A stretch of DNA of 64,000 nt, taken from the NCBI GenBank assembly GCA_051294905.1, contig CM119372.1, forward strand, positions 29,824,001-29,888,000. Direction: 5' to 3'. The DNA comes from Botryllus schlosseri. Its lineage: Eukaryota. Of the stretch, positions 27,888 to 41,625 are shown piece after piece. Each line of letters begins with the position of its first letter. Position 1 is the first letter of the stretch. The notes beneath the pieces are model-generated. The model saw only the letters and a list, made by a program, of their open reading frames with translations. It had not been told where the DNA came from and made no database searches. Both the position numbers and the translations under genes were made by a program.

Positions 27888-28882
27888 CAGTGTCGGAATC
27901 AAGTGACTATCTTCGAGTCACGAGTCATTTCGATTCCCTGCACCTGTTGACTCGAGTCAAGTCAAGTCACTTGATTTTTGGAGGTGACTCGAGTCAAGTC
28001 GAGTCAAGTCAAGTCAAGTCAAGTCAAGTCAAGTCAAGTCAAGTCAAGTCAAGTCACGAGTCTAGTCACAATTCAAGTCAAGTTGCCTTTTCGACGTATG
28101 AGGCATGATTACGTCATTGCATTTTGCTAGCTGTCTGAAATAAAGATTGAATGGTCTGGTCATTGATTTTGAACCAATGAACGAATATAGAGTTAAATAT
28201 ACACTCAAGAAGACGCTGTATCGCTCACATACGTAGAGCTGCTAAACTATACGTAGGTAATTGCATAGCCTCAGTGTATATAGGTACCAGCCAAAATAGA
28301 AAATAGAGAAACGAATTTATAAGATGCAATACATTACCCTTTTACAAATTGATATTATACAATTCGAGTCTGCGCCTATGGTTGATGACTATAAGAACTA
28401 TGTTTGAATTCAATTTCAATAAAACAAGAGGTTTGGTTAAGGTAATAAAAGAAAACAAAAATAGACATTTCGATCTTAAATTACTTTACTATACTAGTTT
28501 ACGACATCGTAGGCCGTATGACCTACGACATCGTAGGCCGTATGACCTTCGATCACTTCGTTTGTGGTCAATTTATTTGTGACAGAACAATGGAGGCTCA
28601 GTGAAACGCACGATCATTGGATGATTAATCGCTCTCACGGATTACTACAGCTTTTCGTGAGCAAATCGACCGTATGCAAGATACAGTGAGTTTTATCGAC
28701 ACCGATTACCTGATGACTTGAAATTGACTCGTGAATTTTGCTCCGAGTCACGAGTCAATCCACATTTCTGATACGCCGAGTCAAGTCAAGTCAAGTCATT
28801 TAAGCAAAGTGACTCGAGTCAAATCAAGTCATACGAAAAAGGTGACTCGAGTCAAGTCATTACTCGATTCATTCCAACACTG
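27888..28882. mobile_element. MITE of the CAAGT/GACTCGAGTC family
   Basis: Ends CAGTGTCGGAATC...ATTCCAACACTG, (CAAGT)n arrays. No matching TSD. Confidence 0.75.
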
Positions 28883-30476
28883 GTTCAGTAACACAACCAC
28901 ATAACATCGATCCAGCAGTATAACAGGACAGTCAAGCACACGGCCGGCTGGTCGCACAATTTCATCCAACCGTAAAGAAGTTGCAGGCCAAAAGAGAATA
29001 CCACTCCTTGAAACCACCTGAGCTCAAATTTGAGATGTCGCAACAGCCCAGTTAACGTAAAAAAAAAATCACTCCTGTATACGATTAATAGGCGTCATAT
29101 TGACAGGAAATGTGTCCCTAACTAATTTAATAACCCGCTAGTGGGCGCTGAAGAGTATTCGAAATTTGTGCAACGAAAATAGGGTAACCCTACTATAACC
29201 CTACCTACATATAACTCACAGGTAACCTATTTATACGCACATACTTTTCGTTGAGTCTGGTATTACGTCATTCACGGCGAATGCAAGACTTATCTGCTTA
29301 TGGCAATCAGCTTACCATGCACCGAGATGAAAAATATTAATGCTGTGAAAAATCAGTGTGCGGGTATATTTTCTAGGCAAAGTGCAATTTCTTATTAAGT
29401 TAATGAATAAATTTGATCAATAATATTGGTATACGTGCATTTTAGTCCCTGTCGTGATCACTGATACGATTTACGATAAAGCTGGTGGAAGTCGTGTCCT
29501 GGAAAATTGAGGCACGTAATCTCAAATCGTATACCGTGTCTACGTTAGTGTTGGGATCAAGTCACTACCTTCGAGTCACGATTCATCTCGAGTCATTGCC
29601 CATTGCCCATCAAGTCCGTCGATTTTCAAAGGTGACTCGAGTCAAGTCAAGTCACTCGTTTTTTTGGCGATGACTCGAGTCAAGTCGAGTCAAGTCAAGT
29701 AACGAGTCAAGTCACGATTCAAGTCAAATTGAAATTTCGAAGTATGAGTGATGATACAAAGTCATTACATTTGCTAACTGGGCGAAGGACAGATTACTTT
29801 GCCATTTATCTTGAATAAAATAACGAATATAAAGTTAACTATACATGCAAAAAGGTGTTGTATCGCTCAGGCACCCGTAAAACTGCTAATAGAATACGAG
29901 AGTAAACTGTATTGCTACATGCTAAAGTCTGTTATTATCGGTCAATATAGAGGATCGAATACGAAGCCTCGAGAAGTTGAACAATTTGATATCGTCCACT
30001 ACCTATCTACACACCGTGACAATATAAGCGCATAAACTATATTCGTTCGATTTAAATCATAGAAGAGTGCTGGTAAAGGTGAGCACTGAGCAATGTAAGC
30101 ACTGAGCCGTCTAAGAAACAAAGATACACGTTGATATTAGATTAGTAATCTACTGCTACTACGACAACGTGAGCTGTGATCGTCTCGTTTGAGGTCTATT
30201 TATTTGTGCCGTAACAATGGAGGATCAGTGAAACGTATAATCAGTGAACGACTGGTTGCTCTCACAAGTGACACCAGCGTCCGAACGTACATAAAAGAGT
30301 GATTTAATCGACCCCGTTTACTTAATGACTTGAAATTGACTCGTAAATTTTCCTCCCAGTCACGAGTCAATCTACATTTCTGAAGCGCCGAGTTAAGTCA
30401 AGTCAAGTCATTTTTGCAGAGTGACTCGAGTCAAGTCAAGTCAAGTCATGTCATGCTGACTTGACTCGAGTCATCC

Positions 30477-33278
30477 CAGGGATATCTATTAGTGATTTTG
30501 TTATTGTATCAGATCTGTAACTTGCCTTGACTAACATACGTCCGCCTTCAGTTGGAAATTGTTTTTGGTTGTAACTGCTTTGTAATTTGCCTTGATTAAA
30601 GGGCATTTGTTTGTTAGTGATTTTGGTTTCAACTGCTCTGTATCTTGCCTTGATTAACATATATTTGATATTAGTTAGTAATTCTGTGGGTAGGCCTATA
30701 ACTGCTCTCTATCTTGCCTTGATTTAAAGGCATTACTTGGTTAGTTATTTTGGTTGTATCTGCTCTGTAACTCGCCTTGACTTGAACATACATTTGCTAT
30801 CAGTTAGCATTTCATTGTATGTAACTGCGTGGTATCTTGCCTTTATTAAAAATCAATACTTTGCTAGGAATTTTGATTTTATCTGCTCTGTATCTTGCCT
30901 CGATTAACATACATTAGTTGGTAATAAATAATTTTTGTTGGCATCTGCTCTATATCTTGTGTATCAGTTTCATTTGGTAAATAGGGAGAAATCGTAGGTA
31001 CATATTGTGATGTCAGAGCAGGGTTGTAACCAAGTCACATGGTTCCGAGTCACGAGTCAATCATACTTTTGTGGTTTCGACTCGAGTCGAGTCGAGTCAT
31101 TTTCAATTCATTACAGACTCGAGTCCGAGTCCAAGTCACCGTTTAAAGGGTCAAGTCCGAGTCATGGTGTTATGACTCGAGTCGAGTCCAAGTCACAGTA
31201 TTGAAGTCATGTTCAACTCATGTTTTCAATCCTGCTTGGGTGATATCGAATTCCTTGTTTGCGAAACATGCTCATTTTGTCCCTATCAGAGTCTTGGCGC
31301 GTGTTTATTTAGGCAGATAACGGACAGGTCCTGGCCTCATTTACCGATGCTAAATATAACTTTACTAATCTTAGAACTTAAAATCAAATATCTCTCTTGT
31401 CATTCTGATACATCACCAATACAAGCATTCAGTTTTTATTATGAGCACATCGACGATAGCTCACGAATAGCTGATAGAGAACCAACGAATTCACGTCTAC
31501 ATACTATCTGATAGAGAACCAACAAATTCACGTCAAGATACTAGTTGATAGAGAATCAATAGATGCATGTTTATGTAGAGGTATTTACAACAGGCCAGCA
31601 TGCTGTAAAAGCGTGCATGCAACTATGTGCATTGTGCAGTGAACAACAGAACAGATACCTTTTGATTATACTAAAGGTTTTCCCAATTGCATTACAGACT
31701 ACATCGCAGTTACAGCATTGGATAAATAATTGTACAATGGGGCTGTTCAAAAACATTTTTTCAAATTTTCCGGCTACTTCTTCAAATTGCTAGATTGCCT
31801 AAAAAATAAAATTTGGCTCAATTCCAACCAGTAGAAAGCAATGCTATGAAAGAAAATTTTAGACTAATTACAAATAGAGATTTTAGAATTTTACCGGCTA
31901 TCTCATGATATTGTAACATTGTGTAAAAATATGATTCATAGCAAATTTGACTCAATTCCAACTAGAAAAAGTGAAGTTATTAGAGTAGAATGTTTTGGAT
32001 ATGAAAAAATAGTCGGCTTACTACTATGTAATTATATTATATGAAATAATTTCTCACTAAAATACTCCATTTATTTTCAAATCCAAAATATTCTCCTCTC
32101 ACATCATGGATTCCACTTTTTTTCAAATTAAGCCAGATTCAGTGTTCCTTTTATGCAACAGAACAATTTTATCAAGTAACCACCCAGTAAAATAAAAAAG
32201 AAGTTATTTTAGAACAGCCATATTGTACAAACATCACACAACATTAGCCATTCATTATTATACTCACGTGCACAATGCACATACCTAACAAAACGTCAAA
32301 TGGACGAGGGGCATTGTGTGTTTTCACAGACAGCAGATCAAATCAATGAGTTAGCCTACACCTCAAAAATACTAATGTGGAAAGGAGATCCTCAGATATG
32401 TTAAAGCGGCATGGCCGTAGAATGAATCCACATCTGCTGAATGCACGTTCCGCTAGTGCACTAGATGCAGGAATTGACAAGCATTTTTGAACCACACTGA
32501 AGAGCATTGAATACTCATTCTTTCTAGTCGCCCAAAAATGCAAAGAATCATCGCCTTCAAATCTACACATGAGCTTATCAGTCTCTTGACCATCTGAGTC
32601 ATTTCATTGGCTCTAATTGAACTTTGCTTCAATTGTTTGCTTGTATAATTGAAAAGTCTTGAGTACTTTAATTGCGGAGGATCTATTACCTCTTCATCAC
32701 TGGACGATTTTGTACAATGCATTATTGCTACTATGTATCATTTTCTGTTGTTTTTACGGTGGCATATCTGATATCAGACAAGTGCAACGAAAGCAGTGGT
32801 GATAAATAGCGATGTCGGCAGAATTCGTCGGATGCGTTGATCTAGCCATTACGATTCGCAAATTTCTTCATCTTCAAGTCATATAAAATAAGCCGAGTCA
32901 ATGACTTGGGTCGAGTCATGCGCAATGACTCGAGTACAAGTCGAGTCAATCCAAATACTGACTCGAGTCGAGTCGAGTCATTTTCCCATTTCCAGAAAAT
33001 GACTCGAGTCAAGTCGAGTCATAAAAAAATCGTGACTCGAGTCTGACTCGAGTCGAGTCATGACTCGAGTCATTACAACCCTGTGTCAGAGTGACGTCAC
33101 GGTTTCTATGGTGATCAATAAAACTCATGTGGAGAGTCGGGATAGTAGGATTGGTAGGAATGGAATCCTTCACAGTGATTCCCGACAGTAAAACGTCTGC
33201 TGTCATTGTTTTCGAAGTGACCCTACTCTTGTCCGCCTAAAAAACGAGTGACACATCCCGGAGTTCTAGATATCCCTG
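30477..33278. mobile_element. TIR element carrying a ~60-bp minisatellite (9-bp TSD, possibly MULE-like)
   Basis: TIR CAGGGATATCTA...TAGATATCCCTG, duplicated target GAGTCATCC (7 bp if the TIR is one base longer). Minisatellite at ~30485-30960. Confidence 0.7.
31019..33083 (-). mobile_element. hAT deletion derivative with dimerisation-domain remnant
   Basis: TIR CAGGGTTGTAA...TTACAACCCTG, TSD TGTCAGAG. ORF 32343-32570: LHFW...LSIPASSALAERAFSRCG...LVFLRC. Confidence 0.9.
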
Positions 33279-34509
33279 GAGTCATCCCAACACTGGTTTA
33301 CGTCCAGGGCTGCGGAGTCGGAGTTTCGCTAATTTTTTCAGCAAGTGCTTTCAAAGGGCTCAATTACTCATAATAAATAAAATCGGATTTGTATATACCA
33401 ACAATTACTGTTGTTAATAGCGATATTGACGACATTGGACATTTGCGAATTGCAATTCAGTTGCATAGAGGCAGAACATCGCAAGATCCATCTTCGTGAC
33501 CAACGCAAAATTTCTGATGCAATTATAAAGAGGTGCAATTTTTAGACTTATGACATGATACCGCGAAAGAGTAATTAAATCGTCTCGTTTTGTAAGTGAC
33601 AATATTACTTGTAAAATGGATGCATATGTAACCAAACTCTGCTTCTCACTTGACAAAATCCAAATATTTTTAATGATAAGTAGCTGATCCGCTTGGGTCG
33701 GACAAATCTTTACTAAAGAAAGAATACAAGTATAGTCCTAGTCCATGAATAATTGACTAAGTGCATGTGTAGAGCGGTGGTTCTCAACCTTTTTTGTCCT
33801 CGCAGACCTTTTTTATACCGTGACGAACCCCCGCGGACTCCCACAAGTTTTAGTTCAAATTTAGCTCAATTATCGTGCAACCGTCATCTGTCTTGTGCAT
33901 ACATCCAGCACCGTAACTGCCGCACCCCAAACCCCCCAATTGGGGGGGGGGCCCGAGCTCGATGAGGGGCCCAAAATTATTCCGTGAATTAGCATAAATC
34001 ATAGAGTATTTTTTGAAAATTTATGCAATTTTTTCAAAATTTTTTCGCGCTGCGCGCGAATTCACGTAGCCATTTATCTTTCTTATTGGGTATTGGGCCA
34101 TTACCGCGCCACGACTCAACAAGACATACAATCAAGTTTTAGGCCATATAACACGCGACTCCAAGAAGTGTGCCAGAACGATTGGCAGCGAGAAAAGCTT
34201 GGCCGCAAAGGTCTATGCCCTTATGCAGATCAAAGACTTCGCTATATATACAAAATACATATAGGTTTAATTGTCCATAGGCGCCTAAATGAATGGCGCC
34301 GAATGTTCCTGTCTTTGCAATCTGTACCTCACAAGACAAATACCATCCCGCTGGGAAAAATTTCATGCCAGTGAAGAAATACCAATTTGAAATCGTGTGC
34401 TTCTCTTAGTTTAGAAGCCTACGTTTGGGCGGTTCTATATTTTCTGATATAGGAGACTGGAAGTCACGAAATAACATCATGTAACGAAGTCATATCAACG
34501 GTTCCGCCC

Positions 34510-35250
34510 GCCCGAAGATGTTTAATCATTATTTACGGGCCCTCCCGTTTTCAAGACACTTCACTCAGCTCTACCGGTAAATCTAATTACGTGAGTAGAG
34601 AAGACAATAAATTGATAGCATATTATATATGCGGTCGCCGATCTGATTTACCGATTTTATCATAAATTATCGAAAATTTTCGCGCTTGGCGCTGGCTCTC
34701 AATACAGTACGGGTAATTTCGTGACAAACGTGAACAACGTGATGGGGGGTCGTTTTATCACCCTATGGGAGCCCAAGACCCACGTTCTTGGGGGTCTGAC
34801 GAGGTGCTGTTTCGTTCCTGCCAACGGGTATACGCCCGAAGATGTTTAATTATTATTGAGTGGTCCTACCATTTCAAACACACCTCACTCAGCTCTACCG
34901 GCAAATCTGATTACGTGAGTAGAGAGGACAATATATTAATAGCATATTATATATGCAGTCGCCGATCTGATTGACCGATTTTATCATAAATTATCGAAAA
35001 TTTTCGCGCTTGGCGCTGGCTCTCAATACAGTACGGGTAATTTCGTGACAAACGTGAACAACGTGATGGGGGGTCGTTTTATCACCCTATGGGAGCCCAA
35101 GACCCACGTTCTTGGGGGTCTGACGAGGTGCTGTTTCGTTCCTGCCAACGGGTATACGCCCGAAGATGTTTAATTATTATTGAGTGGTCCTACCATTTCA
35201 AACACACCTCACTCAGCTCTACCGGCAAATCTGATTACGTGAGCAGAGAG
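34510..35250. repeat. 324-bp direct tandem duplication within repeat-derived sequence
   Basis: Near-identical ORFs at 34765 and 35089 (offset 324). Confidence 0.85.
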
Positions 35251-36123
35251 AAGATAAAAATTCATAACAATGTATGCAATTCCCGATCATACTGACCGAT
35301 GAAATCATGAATACTAGAAATTTTGCGCGCTTCGCGCGCTTAGGCGACTAAAAGCTGATTCACTAAAGAAACTCCCAATGAAAATGATGATTGGTAAACA
35401 GTGTATCGCCGGAGGGGGGTCTGGGGGGCGAAGCCCCCCAGACGTTCGGTCTATAACACTATGGGGGGCCCAAGATCAAAGTTTTTTGGGGGGGGCTGAC
35501 GAAGTGCTGTTACGGCCCTGCATACATCAACTTAAGGCTAGTGATAAACAGCAACGAAATGACCGCCCTTGGAAATAATATCATACTATATGTAAAAATA
35601 TGGGTAGACTTTTATTATTTCGAAGGGAATTCTGCTGCTGAATTTCTTATTTGTTGAAATATGTGGTTCTGTCTTGAAAATTCATGCGTTCGGTTTGCTA
35701 TGAACGAGTGCCGTAAATATATTTCTACAATGGTATACCTATTTTAGGTGACTTCGAATGAAATATTACCGCCTTGCGCTTCCGACGACACCTTTGAGCA
35801 CGTTCGCAACAAACATGGCAACAGATTTTTCAATATAGTATCACGTCCAGACCAGCCATATTTATATAGCAGCTCATGTCCAAGATATTCTGGAATAGTG
35901 GTTATGTATATCATATGAGAAAATGGATTCTGTGATAAGGTTTTCTTCACTTCTGTGAGACAGAATAGTAGAACTATTTTCAACAAACCTCAGCAAAATA
36001 TCTTTAAGCATCAATATGTTCGAATCAGCAGGCTATTGGCAATTTGGCAAATAAATGTGTTTGAACAGTAAGGAAAGGACGTAGTTTATTTTTGTCCTTG
36101 ATGTTTTTGCGGCATATACACTA

Positions 36124-38621
36124 TAGGGTTGTTCAGATTTGAAAATTTGTCCGGAAACTTCGGCCATTGTGATCCAAATGATGGTTTAGTACGTACAAAA
36201 ACAGTTTTATGAGCAATTTTGGTCATCTTCATCGTGATCTTCCTTTTCCTCAAAGCCCCCAAAGATCAGGGGCCAATTCTCCTAATTATTGGGGACTCCC
36301 CACACTTTTTACCTAGCTCTTATGGTAAAGCAGAGCAGTGCTCTGAGGTGATGATTGTAACTTTAGTGGAGTTTGCAGTTGAAAACGACCGTCTATAGGT
36401 GATAAATATCATGGTAATATATCTTTTTGGCAATCGTATTGAACTACATATGCCAGTGCGACCTTCTGGTACATGTGTTGTTATCTCTATATATGCCCAG
36501 TCCACTGCTACAGCTAGTCAGGCTATATGAATGAGACAATTGCATGCATTTCCAGGTTGCTTTCATTTTGTTAACGTTGGTGAAAGATCTATCAAGTAGG
36601 AATATAATGTGCAATACCAGTGCCTCTGGACAATTTCAACTCATTTGTAAAATACTGAGTTGTCTAATTTGATGGAGGACCGGAATTTAGTTGAAGAATG
36701 TCTGAAACAAAGCGGAGAAGGGTTGTACCTGTCCTGCAAAGAACAAGAGACAAGTCCGCTACTCAATATTCCCGTTCACTTATTGCCCGTAGACGACCAA
36801 AACGCAGGACTGTCATGTTCAAACAGTCTAAGAGGTTGCCATTGTGTGGAATATGACAAGGGTACCTACTGACACTGAGCCACATTGTGAAAATCCAACA
36901 AGTTCATGATACAAGGCTTGCTCTTGTAACAACAGGAGAGTCAAGTGAACGCAATGTATGTTTCTGAAACTCAATGAATTTATTGTGAGAACATTTTGAA
37001 TAATCAAACTTTTTGAAGCAGATTATGGCAAAAAATAATCAGCACGTTATAACATTTTCGTGGCTTGCGACAATTGGTATTATCATTGAAAAGCTGTTGA
37101 GAATTCCAAGTAATTCTCCATAAGTAGGCTGAGGATAAGAAGACAATATCACAGCCTATGCTTCATAGTTTGTTCCAAATCTGTCTTCTGTCAACTTTCC
37201 ATCCCAGTGTATAGCAGCATGATTGGGTTGGTCTTGTTGGAATGATTCTAATATATCATGTGGAACCTTACGGCGATTAGCCTTTATATGTCTCTTTTAT
37301 ACTTGATATGGATAGCACAAAGGCATCAATATTCACTCCGCATGCCTGCATGAAAGCACTAAGTAGCATAGTTGCTTGGTTATCAGTCAATTTTAGGCGG
37401 TCCAGCTCATCAGTAATATGTTTCTTTCTTAACAAGTTTCTCAGGAGCTTGAAGTTCAATAAATGAAGGACATTTGATTGCAGCATCATAATCAGAGGGT
37501 GGTGTACTGGTTTCCTTCCCAGGTGACGAGGACATTATTGTATCAAATTCATCACTAGAACTTATGCTCGCAGATGCTGAAACAGGTTTGTCACTGATCT
37601 CAGTCTGGCTTCTTTCAAAGGTATCATGTTTTCCTGCGAGTCGTGCACTGCGAGAATACTATTGGTCCTCATAAAATGCGATGTCTTGATTTTTCTGAGA
37701 TGGCGACAACTGCGTCGCAATGTCCAAGGTCCCCCAACTTATCGAGTTCATCACAATAGACATGTTCTTTTGAAGATAGTAAAGTTCAAGCGGCATGAAC
37801 TTTGGCAACCTCTTCCAACAGATTGAAGAAGAAATTCCTGCGTTTTGGTAGTCTTAGGGCAGTTTTCTTTCAGATATAGCAGATATTTTAGAACTGGGAG
37901 TGACTGATACAATCAGATGACTATCCGCTCGAATAGTAACCAGACTTCGATCTTGTTCTTGGTGAATCCGGCACTACCTTTCTCCGCTTTGTGTCAGGCA
38001 TTCTACTTCTACTAAATTGCACTCTACCATCAAATGGAATTACTCGTTATGTTACAGATAAACTAAAATTGAGGTAAATATTACTGATATTACATATCAT
38101 ACACCTTTCAATACATTTACTGCTTAAAAAGTAGCTGCAAATCTCTGCATTTGTTCATGACTTTGCAACCCAACGGCGCTCCTTCGAAGTACGATCCATA
38201 ACAAGCCAGTGTCACCCGTGCAACTAATAAATGCTTCCCATGAACACGATAGACAGGTTTTGAACAGGAAAACGGAGATACATCTGATATTTATAAGACA
38301 ACATTTAGGTACAATTTTGAAAACAAATATACTACCTTGCAATTCCTTATTTCTGCACAACCGTTTTCAACTGATAACATCACAAAAGCTACAAACTGGT
38401 TACACGGTCAACACTACAGAGCACTACGTAAACGTAAACACTCTGGTGTATCAGCGGTAGTAAGGAGAAATGACCTCGGGATCTTTGGGGGCTTTGAGGA
38501 AAAGGAAGATCACGATGAAGATGACCAAAATTGCTCATAAAAGTGTTTTTATGTACTAAACCATCATTTGGATCACAATGGTCGAAGTTTCCTGACAATT
38601 TTTCAAATCTGAACAACCCTA
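36124..38621 (-). mobile_element. Degenerate hATm-like transposon with ~165-bp TIRs
   Basis: TIR TAGGGTTGTTCAGATTTGAAAA. ATATACAC on both flanks (2-nt offset on the left). Minus-strand transposase relic LDRLKLTDNQATMLL...AAIHWDGKLTED with stops. Confidence 0.75.
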
Positions 38622-38629
38622 ATATACAC

Positions 38630-38907
38630 CGACTCATGATACACATACACGCGATCTGCGCATATGCATACCATGAGTACATGATGTGCATATGCCGCTG
38701 GACAAGGAAGTGCAGATATAGCCTTTACAGCTTTCTAAGTCATGCACCACCCCTCCATGCTATCCCAGTAATGCATGAGCGCCAAGCAGGGAAGCCATGG
38801 ATACCAGTGTTACTATGCAGGTCTTCGGTCTGACCCCGGCCGGGAATCGAACCCACGACCTACCGATCAAGAAGCAGGACGCTTAACCATTACGCTATCT
38901 TGTCGGT
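38630..38907 (-). mobile_element. tRNA-derived SINE (MetaSINE-like core)
   Basis: A box TAGCGTAATGG, B box GGTTCGATTCC, then GGTCAGACCGAAGAC...TGGCTTCCCTGCTTGGCGCTCA. Core family assignment is from memory. Confidence 0.7.
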
Positions 38908-41625
38908 AAGATTTTTACATTGATATGGCCATTCTGTTGATGGGCATTAGCGGTTTGAAGCGAAACTGCTTCGTGATTTCCGTAATTAAAAAATTGGTTC
39001 TTAGTTATTTTCCAAATTTAGAGGTTTCACGTACCCCCAGAAAATGCTTCGCGGACCCAGAGGGGTGTAACCTGCAAGAGCAACCAATATTAAAATGATT
39101 GTGCGTTTTACATAGCCACCATTGCTCTGTCACAAGTAAATTGACCACAAACGAAGTGATCGGAGCTTACAGCTTACGTCTTCGTAAACTAGTATAGTAT
39201 ACTCAATACTTCTCATTTTGCTCTGCTCTCGCCCTAACCAAACATCATCTTTGATTTAAATAGAATTCGAATATAGTTTATATAGTCATCAACCATTGGC
39301 GCCAGGCATGAACTGCTGTATAACATGGTTGTGTAGGCATCAGATCAATTCGATTCTACTTTGAGGCTTCATCTGATATTCTCTATTTGGGTAATAATTG
39401 TGTAGCGATACTATACAGTATGTAGTTTAGGTAGTTTATGTCTACGTATGTGTGAGCGATACAGCGCCTTTTAGCAAGTATGCTTTTAACTATATATTCG
39501 TTCCTCGATTCAAAATGAATGACCACTCAATCTATATTTAAAACAGCCATCTAAATGCTATGACTTAGCGTTATCATGCCTCGTATTCTGAAAATGCAAT
39601 TTAATTTGAATTGTGATTGTCTCGTGACTTGACTCGAGTCACCTCCGAAAATCGAGTGACTTGACTTGACTCTACTCGAGTCAAAATGTACAATGACCCG
39701 AGATGACTTGTGACGCGAAGGTAGTGACTTGATCCCAACACTGGTTGGAGCCAGAATCGGAGTCGGTGCGTTTAACGAATCGGGAGTCGGAGTTGGAGTC
39801 GGTGTAAGTAGTGAGGGTACCTGAAATTGGCGCCGTCCAATCAAATTTCGCCACGCCGCCTTAATTGGCATGTCTACAGGACGCCCATTGCCACGTCACC
39901 TGCCGCACCTATAACACACCCATTGTCACATCATCATGTTAGAAGATTAAATTCCAATTTCGCGCAATCAATTTATGTGTATTTAAGACTATATATGATA
40001 CATAAGACCTCTGTAAATATTGAGAAATGGCATCATCACTAATTAATCAATGTTCATTTATTTCGAAAAAATAGCATACTATATCAGTAATAGCGTTAAC
40101 GTCACAAACGCATCCAGCACGACCAGACGGCGTGAAACAGCGCTTTCGCTCGATTCTTGTAGTCACCACATTTCATACGATTCAGTCCTTTTTATGTCAC
40201 TAGAATAAGGGTAATTAAACCGACAGTGAAACGCTGGCGGCGTCTTATAACGTAATAATGTAAGCTGCGTCGGGTGCTTCTCTAATGTTAGGAGCGAATA
40301 TAGTAGAAAGTCCACGTCTGGACACCTGTAAGCAGGTGTGCATACTACCGTTAAAACGCATAACAGAATTCACGCAAAATCGGTACTGCTCTGCGATAAT
40401 TTTGATCACTATGTTTTGATAATAACTTGCTTTAATGTTGTTCCATACCGATTGGGAAGATAGCACACCTAATTTCGTAACTAACTACATAATCCCTAGT
40501 AACGTAGTCAGACGCATAACGGAATTTACGCAAATTGGCATTGCTCTGCGATAATTTTGATCACTATGTTTGGATAATGACTTGCTTCCGAGAAATAAAT
40601 AACATTCATTATACGTTAGATGATACTTTTCCTGTATATTCTATTATGTGTATTTAGGGCTAATGCGTCATCACTATGTTGGCGACAGGCCTGGTTTGAA
40701 CACACTAATTTTGCAAATTAAACTTATCACCCACCACCGACACTCAATGAAGAGCACCCTGGAGCACCCACATAAATGCTCTACAATGCTTGACATATAA
40801 TATACTGAGCATATAATAAGCTGACAAAACTGATACTTGAGTACTCCGAAATGTACAAGTACTTTACCTTTACACGACGTTTTTGTAAAATGAATACTAA
40901 TGGTACGCGAATGAGAATGATCATATACTAAGCTCAGAGTTGGAAACTAAATGCATATGAAAATTTAACTACGTTTTCCCCACACGCATCAAATGCAGGC
41001 CTCCTCAAGTGTTTATGAGGCGGCTAATAGTTCGAAGGTTGTTGGTATGCAAGGACGTCACATAGAATTGTGGAGTTTTCTGTAAACTATAATCCAGTGA
41101 TATATTTTCAATCACTATACTTTAAGTAGGCAAACCCCAGGCAAGTTTCCTCTGATAAAAGCTGGAGTAATTCGTTATCCGTGAAATAAATAGATAACGC
41201 GCTATATGAGCGGTGTTACGATGACTGACAAATACTAATAATATAATATTAATTAATGTATAGAAGTAGCGATTTCGAACTACGTAAAAAGTTAGTATAG
41301 CTCACGCATTTTCCATTTTCAAAAGTCAAATTACTTATACAAAATACAAATACAAAATTACAAAATACTTATTTTATTAAAAATTGAAAAATTAAAAAAG
41401 AGCGAAAAATTACATTTTATCCCTGAACGCAACAAGAAAAATCGTATGAATTTAAACTATTTATGCATGACATAATAATAATTCTACTTGCACACTTTTT
41501 CACATTTTATAACACTTTTAGTAGTACTTAACAATTTCAGTTTTAAATAAAATTCGGAATATAAACTATAATCAAAAATTTCGGTAACCAATTTCGCGTA
41601 GGCTATGCATACAAACGAGGGAAGT

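Larger units (their letters stand above)
29547..33295. mobile_element. MITE of the CAAGT/GACTCGAGTC family with nested insertions
   Basis: TAGTGTTGGGA...TCCCAACACTG, TSD GTCTACGT/GTTTACGT. Confidence 0.75.

Noticed and set aside
30485..30960. CRISPR-like repeat-spacer pattern
   Set aside because: Eukaryotic context, degenerate repeats, spacers similar to each other, no cas genes. It is a minisatellite.
38830..38907. tRNA gene (also 12120-12194 and ~10790-10870)
   Set aside because: A and B boxes are present but there is no convincing acceptor stem, and the sequence continues into a SINE body.
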